A stretch of DNA of 64,000 bases from assembly GCA_030704615.1 (NCBI GenBank), contig CM060731.1:7936001-8000000 (forward strand), read 5' to 3'. Below, piece by piece: positions 1 through 13,167 of the stretch. A program made the position numbers and the translations under genes. This DNA comes from Takakia lepidozioides (lineage: Eukaryota; Plantae; Bryophyta). The notes beneath the pieces were generated by a model. The model was not told the origin of the DNA. It worked only from the letters and a program-made list of their open reading frames with translations, and did no database searches. The stretch's first letter is position 1; each line of letters opens with the position of its first letter.

Positions 1-1288
1 TATCTCTCCCTCCTTTTCTTCATAGAAATGTGGTGGGTAACTGCTGGTTCCTCTTCAATTGGTGTTGCCGACACTACACCACAGCAGATACCTCTTAAAC
101 AACTTAGGCTTTCCAGCCGCATCTCCGCAACCTGCTCCCACTCTGGGTGTGCAGCAAATAGGGTAGCTTCCTGCTCCTCATCCAGTCCTCCTCTCCAGTC
201 ATACTCTCTGACTCCTCGAGGTCTTCTTGTAGCAGGTAATCTACTAGATTTCTTTGTGGTAATTTGTATCTCGTGCATCCCATTATGCACAGTTAGTAAC
301 TGAGAATTCCAGTCATGGAATACCCTGGCCTGTTTCAGCCACGGACGTCCCAATAATAAGGAGTAAGCCTCCATGACTTCATCCATTTTTAATACAGTTA
401 CTGTGATCATAAGATCATTTTCTGTATCTGTATCTTAACTCCTCTTATTAATCCCAATGGCTGCACACTTCTTTGATCTGCCATTGTTACTGTAAATGGG
501 GCTGGTTTCATGTTACTTAGACCAAGCTTCTTCCTTAATTGGTCTGTCATGATATTTACTCCAGAACCACCATCTATCAGTACATCAGTTAGTTCTGTGC
601 TTCCAATTCTCAATTGGATTACTGGCGTAGAATCATCAAAGTCCATGACTGGTTCTCGCCCTTCCGGCTTCACATTATAACTGGTCACCTTGCTGTTCAG
701 GTCTGTGTTTCCTGTCTCTTGGGCAATTCGATTGATTGCCTGATACAGCCTGTGCCCACAATAAGGTGCCACAGCTAATAGCTGTCCAATGGTAATTTCT
801 GCTTTGGTCTGACATATTACTGCAGCCAAAGTCCCTTCATTACTTTGCATGTCTGCATCTTCTTTTTTCCTTTCTTCCTCACTCCCTTCTTTTTCTCCAT
901 CCGAATCAGAGGAATCTGCCACACAGGAATATCAGTACTCTTTTGCATTTCCCCTTATAGTATCTGCCACTTCCTTGTGCAGTTCCTTCTCAATCTTTCC
1001 AAGTCTCTTCATCTTCAGCATATCATTGCCACTTCCCAGTCTCATCTTCTTCTTCTCTTACTACCTGGAGGTATTAGTTTGGCTTTACTTCTTGTTACTA
1101 TCATTGTACTTACTTCTGATACAACACATGGCCTAACCATGTGAGCTGGCCACCACTGGGCCCTCATTCACAGGAGCTCTCATCTCATTCTGGTGTCTTA
1201 TCCAGAATGAACAGGCTGCCTTGCGATGTCCTGGCTGATTACAATAGTAACATAGCTCTTCACACCATTGGGTCCTCGCCCTTGGTGT
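1..1288 (-). mobile_element. Ty3/Gypsy fragment (gag C-terminus and aspartic protease), same family as element A; cut by the window start and a gap
   Basis: ORF 407-922 contains the protease motif VLIDGGSGVN. The sequence is colinear and highly similar to ~3740-5010. Confidence 0.9.
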
Positions 1289-1788
1289 NNNNNNNNNNNN
1301 NNNNNNNNNNNNNNNNNNNNNNNNNNNNNNNNNNNNNNNNNNNNNNNNNNNNNNNNNNNNNNNNNNNNNNNNNNNNNNNNNNNNNNNNNNNNNNNNNNNN
1401 NNNNNNNNNNNNNNNNNNNNNNNNNNNNNNNNNNNNNNNNNNNNNNNNNNNNNNNNNNNNNNNNNNNNNNNNNNNNNNNNNNNNNNNNNNNNNNNNNNNN
1501 NNNNNNNNNNNNNNNNNNNNNNNNNNNNNNNNNNNNNNNNNNNNNNNNNNNNNNNNNNNNNNNNNNNNNNNNNNNNNNNNNNNNNNNNNNNNNNNNNNNN
1601 NNNNNNNNNNNNNNNNNNNNNNNNNNNNNNNNNNNNNNNNNNNNNNNNNNNNNNNNNNNNNNNNNNNNNNNNNNNNNNNNNNNNNNNNNNNNNNNNNNNN
1701 NNNNNNNNNNNNNNNNNNNNNNNNNNNNNNNNNNNNNNNNNNNNNNNNNNNNNNNNNNNNNNNNNNNNNNNNNNNNNNNNNNNNNNNN
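1289..1788. other. Assembly gap (500 N)
   Basis: Run of N. Confidence 1.
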
Positions 1789-1949
1789 GTTGATCGGCAC
1801 TAAAAAAAAGAACATTAGAAGGTAAAAAAAAACCCGCCAGGGCCGTTCCAAACCAACCTTGCGTTGACGCAAGGTTGATTCGAGCTACAAAAATACAATC
1901 ATGTCCGCACAGCTAACTCATGCAACAGGATACCTGTACAAGACTTGCT

Positions 1950-3228
1950 TCATTGCTTGCTCGTCGTACTACTGATTCTTGAATTCGTTTGACCTCGAAA
2001 TGCCTTCGTCCCTTTCAAACTCCCTGAAGAAACAGTTGTTCCATATAGCACCCTTCTATCTCCGGATATATTGCTCAAGAGAGATTCTCGGCGTGGACAT
2101 GGTAACAAAATAACCGTTATTTTGTAGTTTGTCGTGGACTCTCCCAATGCTACCACAACTCGTTTCTCTAGCTGCAACATGAAGGTAAATATAAGGTCAC
2201 GTAGGAAAACAACATGGAAAAAGAGAAAAAATTCCAACATGCCAAAAGGGATCTCTGGTTTCTCACCTGGCTCCAGAATGTTTCTTTGTGAAGCCACTGG
2301 TCAAATGAGTGGTCGCTGACTACTTTGATCACATTCGTTTTGGGGTCTTTCTCGGTTCTTGGAAACCCATACGTGTCCTTCACCAGAGGATCTGAGTTCC
2401 AGATCTCCAACCATCTGATTTTGGTTGCGGTGTCCACCATTGAAATGGACAAGCGATGCAGTTTCTCTTGAGTCATTTCGTGCACTAGCTCAAGGAACTC
2501 CGAGCCGAGACCTGGATCTGCAATGCAAATCTGCTTGTCGAACGCACTCAGCAGGTTCTTTCTATGGTTATCCATCTCGAATCTGATTGCTTCCGCCACC
2601 CCTACCGCAGACCTCTCCTCCTCTGTGTGAGTGGCATAGTATTCGGCCTTAGCCTTCAAGCTTGTCTCAGCTATGTCTTGCTGCAAACAATCGAAAAGTT
2701 ACACTCGTATCATTTGCATTGGCATTGTCACATTGAGGGAACATAGCAAGTGGATTCAAATTCTACTTCAGTTTACTTACCGTGTACATGTAGTCAAGAA
2801 ATGTCTCTCTTGTTAGGCTATACCATGTGACGAGCTTTTTCTCGGCACATCTCTTCATTTGAGTTGGACTTCACACGTTCGCAAACGATTCAAGTGACAT
2901 CATCCCGATCTTTTGAACCCGGAAAAAGATGTGACAGAGGTTGGTTGTTACGTGGGAGGTTTCGTTCAATCTGCAAAAAACAATCACATTACCATGTAAG
3001 AAAACCATGCACAAGAACAGAGCCATCTCATAAAGCAAAACCAAATCGCAAAACTTACTTGTTGATGTCTGCATGGCAGTCAGCAGCTGTGTGATTCGCC
3101 CTTTGTGATCCAGGACCATGGAAAGAACGCTCCAGTGCCAGTCCTTTTCGTCCGAGTGCAAATCGGATATGTAGTCCATCCAGGCAAGCAATCGGTGATT
3201 GCCATCCCACACAAGAAAACATCTTCCC
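1950..3228 (-). pseudogene. Diverged, degraded homolog of the MULE cargo ParB/Srx-domain gene (middle exons)
   Basis: The peptides VWDGNHRLLAWMDYI, TTNLCHIFFRV, IADPGLGSEFL, EKLHRL, RWLEIWN and FDQWL align in order with WDGNHRLLAWMEHI, ATNLSHMLFRV, IADPALGADFL, EKLHRL, RWLQIWN and FDMWM of the gene at 31382-38010. Frameshifted. Confidence 0.85.
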
Positions 3229-6200
3229 CTTCTGTGAATGACAAAGGGAAATGATCTTTCGTCGTACAAGCATTCAACTTCTTATAGTTCACACAAACTC
3301 TCAGTTTACCATTCTTCTTGGGAACTATCACAATGGGTGACAACCAAGTTGTATACTCTATCGGGTATATAAACTTAGCCTCAGCCAACTTCTTCATGAT
3401 CTCTTCCCCAACCTTCTGTGCATAGTTGGGATTCATTCTGTACCTTGCCTGTTTGATTGGTACTGACCCTGGTTCAGTTCAATCTTATGCTGACAGATCT
3501 AAGGTGGTATCCCTTTCAGATCCTCGTAGCTCCAAGCAAACACATCTCTGTATTTGATGAATAGACTCTTAGCTTCTTCAAAGAATTCTGGATCCAAATC
3601 AGCCCCTACCTTCACCATCCTCGGTTCCTCTTCAGTTCCCACATTCATTTCTCTCACCTGCTCATCAGTTGTGATTGTCCAACCAGTCACCACTTCATCC
3701 TGTAAACTCACAATGACTGGTTCCTCTAGGATTTCCATTTCTCCCTCTCTTTCTTCATAGAAATGTGGTGGGAACTGCTTGTTTCACCCTCAATTGGTGT
3801 TGCTGTCACTACACCACAGCAGATACCTTTTAAACAACTTAGGCTTTCCAGTTGCATCTCTGTAACCTGCTCCCACTCTGGGTGTGCAGCGAACAGAGTA
3901 GCTTCCTGCTCCTCATCAAGTCCTCCCCTCCTGTCATACTCCCTGACCCCTTGAGGTCTTCTCGTAGCAGGTAGTCTACTAGATTTCTTAGTGGTGATTT
4001 GTATCTTGTGCATCCCATCATGCACAATTAGTAACTGGGAATTCCAGTCATGGAATACCCTGGCCTGTTTCAGCCACGATCGACCCAGCAATAAGGAGTA
4101 AGCTTCCATGACTTCATCCATTTTCAACACAGTTACTGTGATCTTAAAGATCATCTTTTGAATCTGTATCTTAACTCCTCTTATCAATCCCAATGGCTGA
4201 ACACTTCTTTGATCTGCCATTGTTACTGTAAATGGGGCTGGTTTCATGTTACTTAGACCAAGCTTCTGCTTTAATTGGTCTGTCATGATATTCACTCCAG
4301 AGTCTCCATCTATCAGTACATCAGTTAGTTATGTGCTTCCAATTCTCAATTGGATTACTGGCATAGAATCATCAAAGTCCATGACTGTTTCTCGCCCTTC
4401 CGGCTTCACATTATAACTGGTTACCTTGCTGTTTAGGTCTGTGTTCTCTGTCACATGGGCAATCTGATTGATTGCTTGATACAGCCTGTGCCTACAATAA
4501 GTAGCCACAGCCAATAGATGTCCAATGGTAATCTCCGCTTTGGACTGGCATATTACTTCAGCCAAAGTCCCTTCATTACTCTGCATTTCTGTAGCTTCTT
4601 TTTTCCCTTCATCCTCACTAACTTCCTCTTCTATTTCAGAATCAGAGGAATCTGCCATAGGAATATCAGTACTCTTCTGCATTTCCCTTATGGTATCTGC
4701 CACTTCTTTGTGCAGTTCCTTCTCATCTCTCCAAGCCTCATCATCTTCAGGCACATCATTGCCATCTTCATTATCATCACCTTCCTCATCTACTGGAGGT
4801 ATTAATTTAGCTTTGCTTCTGGTTACTATCATTGTACTTACTTCTGGTACAACACATGGCCTAACCATGTGAGCTGCCACCACTGGCCCCTCATTCACAG
4901 GAGCTCTCATCTCATTCTGGTGTCTGATCCAGAATGGACAGGCTGCTTTGCGATGTCCTGCCTGATTACAATAGTAACACAGTTCTTCCGCATTAGGTCC
5001 TTGCCCTTGGTCTGTTCTGGGATTGTTTCTGTAATCCTGATTCCCTGGCTGGTAATTCCCCCTTGGATTACCCTGATAGTTGCCTCTGGAATTTCCTTGG
5101 TAATTCCCTCTTGGATTACCTCTCCCTTCCATGCCATTGTTATAACCACCAGACCTACCATAGTGGTCCTGATCACTTTTTCTTCTTGGCTGGGGCTGCA
5201 CCTGATGCACCCTTACTTGCCTAGGTTCTCTTGCATCTATCCTTCTGTTGTAGTAACAATTCTCAGTAGAATGGTTATCCATTTTACAGATAGTACAATG
5301 TTTCTCCTTCATGTGGCATTCAGTGGTGGTATGGCCTTCATTCTGGCATTTTGCACACCAAACACCCTTCCTCCAATGTGTTGCAGCCTCTGTGGCACAC
5401 TTCTTCAAAATTTCTTCTAATCTTTTCTCATAGTTATCCCTCTTCAACTTTTCCTTCCTCTTACTCTTCCTCTTAAGCTCTTGCTCTTCTTCCTCATCTG
5501 ATTCATCCTCAGAGTCCTCATCATCCCTTTTCTCTCTCCTGAGCATTCCCAATTGCTCAATTCTGTTCGCTGTTTCAAATGCCTCCTCCACTGTATTATG
5601 GGGTAACATATCCACTTTCTTTTGCAACTCTGGTCTTAGTCCACTCACAAACCAAGTCTTTTGTAAATTTGGTGCTGGTACAACAGCCAACTTTTTCATC
5701 ATCAATTCCATCTTTTCCATATACTCCTCAACAGTTTCATGCTTCTTTTGCTTTAACTGTTGTAAACTTCCATACACTTCATCCTCAGTTTTACTTGTCC
5801 TGAACCTATTTCGGAATGTTGTATTCAAGCCATTCTAGGTTAGGAAATGATTATCAGGGAATCTTGCATACCATTCACTTGCTTTCTTTATAAGTGAACA
5901 AGGAAACAGTCTAATCTTGGCATCATCGCCATTCTCATTGTTCACAATACACATGTGCTCAAATTGGCTAATGTGTACATCAGAATCCCATTTTCCTGAA
6001 TATATTGGAAAAGGTGGTTTTGCCCGTGTTGGTTGTAACGCCATCTGTGGCCCTACCCCCTGCCCACTGATAGGTGTTGGCCCCCTTGCTAGTGCTGGTC
6101 CTTGAGGACCTGTGATAGTTGTGGTGGAACTTCCATCAAGTGTTGGCCCCTGAGCACTCCTTGCTACTATCCCCACTATATTCACAGTATTCCCAGCTCC

Positions 6201-6860
6201 AGTTGCACTACTTCCCACACTCCCTGTCCCCCCAGAGCCAGATCCAGGCTGCCCGCCTGATCCCCCTGAGCCGACACCTTCGTTGGCCTGTGATCCAAGT
6301 GCTCCACTTGATCCAGGTCCAACGGGTTGGGATGTCCTGGTTGTAGTCTCAACCTCAGCTATGGGGTCTACTTCTTCATACTCTTCATCTTCCAATTTCT
6401 TCTCTCTGTTTTTATCTTCCAAGTTCTGCCCTTGGGTTTCTTCTTCTTCACTCATGTAACTCAATTGCAATGGTGTTGGAGAGTTTGAACTCTCCGTTGG
6501 CTCTGCCACATCCTCTCCTCCTTCTTCATCTTCTGTTTCAGAAACTGGAGTTCCTGCTTTTGGTGTTCCATGCCAACTCTTATCAAAGATTTCTGTCAAA
6601 TCTTTTATCCAGGGATGTACCTCAGATCTTTCACCTCATGGTTGATCTTCTTCCTGTACCAATTCCCTTAATCTTTCTTGCAAAGAAAAAGAAGGAGTGG
6701 CATCCAACTCTAGTTCTTCCGGTATGGGTGATGTATTCTCTGATCTTAATGGTGTGGGAGGTCCAGATGATTCCCCTATGTCTATTCCTCTCTCCCAAAG
6801 ATATGGATAATTAGCTTTCAGATAACTTCTCTGGAGTCTAGCTTCTCTTTCATCACTCAT
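3229..6860 (-). pseudogene. Element A gag, protease and RT N-terminus (stops and frameshifts)
   Basis: Gag-like region (IRLFPCSLIKKASEWY; LKQKKHETVEEY), three CCHC knuckles (CAKCQNEGHTTTEC, CTICKMDNHSTENC, CYYCNQAGHRKAAC), protease LIDGDSG...LLGRSWL, and RT start WLSPIVIVPKKNGKLRVCVNYKKLN ending at FPLSFTE. Confidence 0.9.
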
Positions 6861-6880
6861 GTCTCATGTCTTTCATTTCT

Positions 6881-7571
6881 TTAATGTGGCAATAACCAAA
6901 AATCTCTTCTGTAGTATCTCTCATATATGCCTGGGTTTCTTTTAAGCTTCAATGCACCCTTGGCTATACTAGAAGTCTTCGTTACCATATAACCATATGG
7001 CAAACAAGTCTGAAAAGCTGTTCTTGGTGTGAGTTTGATCCACATAATATCCTTTGGAATCCAATTCTTTACCAGTACAAGCTCCTCATGCATATGAGTA
7101 TAAACATTCACCTTCTTTTCCTCCCAGCCTTCAAACTCTACTCGCTTAATGGATAGCAATGCTATCACATAAACCAGTGTTGGTAACCAACGTGCTCTTC
7201 CTCTACAGGCCACCTGATAAATCTTTATCACTCCTTTCTCCAGACCCCACTCAGGGTCAGCATCATGCACTCTCTTAAGAATGTTTTCTTTACAACCGTC
7301 TGGCAATTCCAAGAACCTCTGAAAGAATTGTTTGGACAATCTTTCCTTCTCAGTTCCAAATTTGATTCACATCAAATTCTTTCATTCTCCAACCACCATG
7401 ATCCCACCAGATGCATGTCACATCTGGTTGTTCATGACCCAGTTCCCCAGTATGGTCGCCAAATGTCAAGCGGCTTTTATTCACCCATCCCTTCACTATC
7501 CGAGGTGGAAACTCCAAGATAGAAGAGTTGGATATCTCTAAGCACTCAGCCCACTCAGAACAATCAGTCAT
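6881..7571 (-). pseudogene. 5' extra ORF upstream of gag, unknown function, initiating inside the LTR
   Basis: ORFs 7350-7571 and 6881-7339 form one continuous frame in element B (20750-21103). Confidence 0.6.
7444..7461 (-). promoter_or_regulatory. Primer binding site of element A (TGGCGACCATACTGGGGA, tRNA-Arg-like)
   Basis: Starts with TGG 2 nt after the LTR terminal CA. It is identical in element B (20976-20993) and resembles Arg-type PBSs of Tat/Ogre elements. Confidence 0.75.
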
Positions 7572-8515
7572 GACCTACAACTAGTGAATCATGGTTGTGC
7601 TTCCTATTTGTATTCCTTCTTGTCTTCATGTTATCAATTTACCTTACCGTGTATACTGAAGCATCAGATTGCTTCAGTATCTACTAAGTTCCAATTAATC
7701 ATGCATTCATTCCACAACTTCTCTCATGTCTCTCTACACAGTATGTTTGTATCGATTCAGTATCGGATTAAGATTAATCATGTATCATGCCTATGCCATG
7801 GTGTCCCTAATCTACCCTCTGTATAATTTTACAGTTTGCATGAATTAAGCCTCAATCAAGTCATCATCTCCTCTTCACTGTTTCCGCTCTCCGTTACGTC
7901 TCCTCCTCTCCTGAACAAGTCGCCCTCATCAAGAAGTGATCCCCTTCCTGTTGCCGCCCTGCCTAATCTATCCGCAAGCTGTTCTAATCACCTAACTAAC
8001 TAACTGTCACCCCTGAAGTAACATGTTATATCTGCAGATGTCGTTCCCACATAGTCGTTCCCTGTCAATGATAACTGCTCCCCATGTACACTGTGACAGG
8101 CTGTGTCAAGCTGTGCCGAGCTGTGACTGGCTGTGTAAAGCTGTGTCGGGCTGTGACTGGCTGTGCGAAGATGTGTCGAGCTGTGTTAGACTATGCTGTG
8201 ATAGACTGTGATGGGCTGTGTAAAGCTGTGTCGGGCTGTGACTGGCTGTGCGAAGCTGTGTCGGTTGTGTCAGACTGTGTCTGGCTGTGATAGAATGTGA
8301 CGGGCTGTGTAAAGCTGTGTCGGGGTGTGACTGGCTGTGTCAGATTGTGTCTGGCTGTGATAAATTGTGACAAGTTGTCTACCCCCCCTAAAGCCTGCGC
8401 CTGCCATCCCTAAGGCTCCTGTTGGTCTCAGTCTACCATTCATAAGTCTGCGCAAAAATTAAGGGTACCCCACAGAACCCGTAAAAGCGTTTAAGTCCCA
8501 AGCAGCCCTCTAACA
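7464..8515 (-). repeat. 5' LTR of element A
   Basis: TGTTAG...TGACA on the minus strand, followed by the PBS; homologous to 40147-41087. Confidence 0.92.
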
Positions 8516-8745
8516 CCAGCAAGGCGTTTGATTTATCGTTCATTCATACGTTCATCCAGTGTACAAAAATTATATTTCGTACATTCATCCAATAGCTGCC
8601 AACAAGGCGTTTGTTTATCATTCGTTCAGATAGTTCAGTTGTTTTGTTTCACTAACCTTTCATACGTTCATCCAATAGCTGCCAGCAAGGCATTTTTTTT
8701 TATCATTCGTTCAGATAATTTAGTTGTTTTGTTTCACTAACCTTA
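8516..8745. repeat. Short degenerate tandem repeat (~85 bp), the target site of element A; continues inverted at 41088-41130
   Basis: Repeated cattcatccaatagctgcca..caagg..ttatcattcgttcagat; its reverse complement follows the 3' LTR. Confidence 0.7.
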
Positions 8746-9110
8746 ACCAACACACGATTAGTTTACTATTAATGAGCTGGGTCAGTTAAAACGTAGTTAA
8801 GTTGTTTTACTTCTTATTATCCACATATATATTGCTATATAATTTATATATTGTGATTACACGTGCCATTACTTAACTGGTTGTCTCAGTCCGCTCATTT
8901 TAGGTAGTCAAAGTTTCTCACTACAGTCAAAATTTTCACGGTTGTCTAGCACCTTGAATATTTTAATATAAATTTTGACTGCAAAATGGTTGGAACAGTC
9001 GAAAGTGACAACAGTCAACGCCAGCGTCAAACAAAATCGTCGATTACATAGGGTGTGTTGTAGTGTGTGTTCTATGTTTCCACAACGAACACGAAGGGAG
9101 AAGAGTGCCG

Positions 9111-12079
9111 GTATTGGACACTGTGGCAGGCCATGAGATGTACTCATTCATGGATGGCTTCAGTGGTTATAATCAAGTGCAAATGGCAGAAGAAGATCAG
9201 GGAAAGACAGCTTTCATCACAGACTGGGGTGCTTATGCATACAAAGTCATGCCTTTTGGACTTTGTAATGCACCAACAACCTTTTAGAGAGTGATAAGTG
9301 AATCTTTTCATGAGTATCTGGATGATTTCATGCAGGTGTTCTTGGATGATTTCAGTGTGTACAGCTCTAAGAATGAGCACTTGTATAAATTGGAGTTATG
9401 TTTGGCCAGATGCAGGATGAGAGGTCTGGGCCTGAATCCAGATAAGTGTACTTTCTGTGTGAACTCAGGGGTGCTTTTGGGACACATTGTGTGTAAGAGG
9501 GGACTTCTTGTAGATCCTAGAAAGACAGAGGCCATTAAAGCCTCTCCACCACCCGTAAATGTTAAGAGTCTAAGGAGATTCCTTGGACAAACCAGTTATT
9601 ACAGAAGATTTGTCAGACGGTATGCACAGATAGCAGCACCATTGAGCAAGCTTCTGAAGAAAGATGCAGTGTTTGCATAGACAGCTGAATGTCAACAGGC
9701 TTTTGAAGAACTTACATTGTCAGTAACAACTACACCTGTGTTGATTAACCCTCACTGACATGTAGTATTTCATGTTCACTGTGACGCCTCAGGAGAAGCG
9801 TTGGGAGCAGTGTTAGCCCAAAATGTTACAGGAAACATAGATTCACCTGTGTACTATGCTAGCAGGTTGATGAACAGTGTTGAAAGGAACTATAGCACAA
9901 CTGAAAGAGAAGCATTGGCAATGATTTATGCAGTCAAGAAATTCAGACATTACCTATTGGGAAGGAAGTTTATGTTTTATGTGGATCATCAGGCTCTGAT
10001 TTATTTGGTGAACAAGCCTTTGATAAGTGGAAGGATAGCAAGGTGGTTAATAATCTTGCATGAGTTTGAGTTCGAAGTTGTTTACAAGCCTGGCCGTTTG
10101 CATCTTGTGGCAGATCACTTGTCACGCCTATCAACAGGAGAGCCCGCTACAGCAGTAGACGACCAACTACCTGATGCGAGTTTGTTTGTAGTGGAGGTGC
10201 AGAGAAGTGCAGATGACTGGTTAGATTGGCACTGGCCAATCAGATACTACCTTACTCATGGTCAGTGCCCACCTAGTTATGGAAAGGAGCAGAGGAAGAG
10301 AATCGCTATCAAGGCTTTACCTTATACTATGATAGGGGGCGGAATGTATAAGCTAGGACCTGATGGAGTACTTAAAACGATGCTTGTACCACCATGAAGT
10401 AAATAAAGTCTTGGAGGAAGTTCATAAAGAAGTGGCTGAAGGTCATTTTGGAGAAGAGACTACCAATAGAAAGATACTACTTGGAGGTTACTGGTGGCCT
10501 ACTTTGTTCAAGGATGTACACAAGTATTGTAAGAGTTGTGATGAGTGTCAGATACTAGGACCATTGCAGAGATATGGGAAGATGGCTTTGTATCCTACGA
10601 TGCCACTGAACCATTTCAGAAATGGGGACTAGACTTTGTTGGACCAATTAACCCACCAGCCAAGAATACACAGAACAAGTATATAATCACAGCCACTGAT
10701 TATACTACAAAGTGGGTGGAAGCTAAAGCTCTGAGGGACAACACAGCTAAGTCCACAGGAAGGTTCATGTATGAGAACATACTTACAAGATTTGGCTGTC
10801 CCCTGGAATTTATCAGTGACCAGGGAAGTCACTTCATTAATGAGACCATAGAACTATTGACTAAAGAGTTCATGATTGTGCATAGGAAGAATACAACTTA
10901 TTACCCACAGGGTAATGGGCAGGCAGAGGCTACCAACAAAATACTATGTACTATCTTGGCTAAGATAGTCAATGCAAACAGAACAGATTGGGATACAAAG
11001 CTGTTGACGGCTTTGTGGTCATACAGGACTTCATATAAAGTCACCACTAAGTATACACCATTCCAATTAGTTTATGGTATGGAAGCTTTACTTCCAGTGG
11101 AGTTCTTGTTACCTACCATGAGAACGGAATGGGGAAGGAGAACGGAATTAGAAGATTCAATTAAGGTCAGGAAACATGAATTAATCATGTGGAAGAAGTA
11201 CGTGCTGATGTAGCAGATAACATGACTAGAATTCAAATTAAGAGGCAGGGTCAATTTGATGAAGGTAAACTGAAAACTTTTAAGACGGGTGATTTGGTTC
11301 TGTGGTTGCAGAAGAAGGGGAAGATTAAGGCTTCTAAGCTTAAATCACCATGGAAAGGACCTTATGTTATACAGAAGATGTATGATAACAACACCGTCAT
11401 GTTACAAACCATTAACAAAGAGATGTTGGGAAGAGTCAATGCCAATAAGTTGAAAGGATACAGTGGTATCCACGACAAACCATTGCAACACGATTTGCAT
11501 ATTGAAACACAGACACAGTCACGGGCTGCACCGGTAATACCAACGGAGCATGAAGCACTTGTCGTAAAGCCGAATGGGTATGGCCTGAGCGGAGAACACG
11601 GGTGTTTGCACAGTTATCACAGCCCACCACAGCATCACACAGCCTATCACAGCCCATCACAGTGTCACACAGCCTATCACAGTCCGCCACAGTTAGACAC
11701 AGCCTGTCACAGCCCAACACAGCCCATGCGGGTTACACAGTCCATAGGGTCAGTGACAGGTGGACACGGGTTAACGTCAGAAAAGTGGCCGTCAAGTGAA
11801 AGAGAAGTTTGGAAGTCAAACTCGGAGAATGTGTCACGCAAACAGGGGAAGTCGGAGGCATGTCTAAAAATGAACACGTGGTCACTAGGGCGAAGCACAC
11901 CGTTGTGCATAAATTGCAGAAGTGGGTATCATCATGTCGCGGCCCTTTGCCTTGAGGGCAGGGGGTCGGGACACATGAGGGGCTGCCCCTGTGGTGGGGG
12001 CAGCGGCAGCGATAGGTATGGGGGGGCTGAAGCACCCTTGAGTGCCCAAGGCACTCAAGGAGGCGGAGGCGCTCACTAG
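9111..12079 (+). pseudogene. Element A pol 3' part: RT core, RNase H and integrase (retroelement sequence ends at 11934)
   Basis: Motifs SFMDGFSGYNQV, VMPFGLCNAP, VFLDDF, NYSTTEREALA, VDHQAL, HHCC zinc finger, WGLDFVGP, ISDQGSHF, PQGNGQAE and WKGPY. Several stops and frameshifts; no chromodomain seen. Confidence 0.93.
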
Positions 12080-12214
12080 GTGGAGCCCCGCACACCGGGT
12101 TGCGGTGGGGGTGGCTCCACAAGGGGTGGTGGTAGCTTAGCGGGACTTAGTGGGGGTGGCATAGGACTCACCATGGGGGCGGAGACCTCGTGGTGGGAGT
12201 CGTGGGGAGTCTTG

Positions 12215-13087
12215 TGTCGCGCGGCTTCTACTCACCCATCCCTTCGCTATCCGAGGCGGAAACTCCAAGATAGAAGAGTTGGAAATCTTCAAGTACTCAG
12301 CCCGCTCAGAACAATCAGTCATGACCTACAGCTAGTGTATCATGGGAGTGTTTCCTATTTGTTTTCCTTCCCGCATTCATGTTAGCTAGTTACCTTACTG
12401 CTGGTAATTAGGTATCAGTTTGCTCCATCAACTCATCCATTCATTCCACAGCTTCACTCAGATCCCTCTACACAATGTGAGTATGAAGCGTGTATCAGAT
12501 TAATATCTATCAAGTATCAGGCTAAAGTCCTGGAGTCTCTAATCTGCTCTACATTATAATTCTACTGCTTGCTATCATTAAGCATCAACAGATCCTCCTC
12601 CTACTCCGTGCTCTCCATCTTTCTGCTCAGAGATACGCTCTCTCCTCCTTTCCCCCAGTGATGTCCGAAGTCTCCCCCCAGAAGTGCCCCCCTCTCATCT
12701 CCGCTGCCCGCTTTCTCCCTTCCCCCCTGTTCTAACCGTTTTCCTTCACTAACCGTCCTCCGTGAATTACATGTTCCCCGGCAGATGTTGTTCCCCACAG
12801 TCGTTCCCTGTCATGATAACCGTTCCCTACGACTGTGACAGCTGTGTCAGACTGTGACGGCTGTTTCGGGCTGTGTCGGGCTGTGACTGGCTGTGTATGG
12901 TTGTGACGGGCTGTGACTGTGTCGGGCTGTGTATGGCTGTGACGGGCTGTGACTGTGTCGGGCTGTGTATGGCTGTGACGGGCTGTCTTAAAAAATTAAG
13001 GGTACCCCTCAGAATCCATAGAAGTGTCTAAGTCCCAGACTCCACAGAACCCATAAAAATGTCTAAGTCCTAGACTGCCTCCTAACA
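12215..13087 (-). repeat. 3' LTR of element B
   Basis: TG...CA termini, preceded on the minus strand by the PPT GAGAGGGGAAGGGGTAA. Confidence 0.93.
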
Positions 13088-13167
13088 TTACCCCTTCCCC
13101 TCTCAAAAAGCCGTGTTCTCACGGTTTACTGCTTAGGATCAGTAAATCTTTGTGAACGTCGTCCTGT

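Noticed and set aside
1141-1872. ORFs spanning N runs (also 43287-44361)
   Set aside because: Artefacts of assembly gaps.
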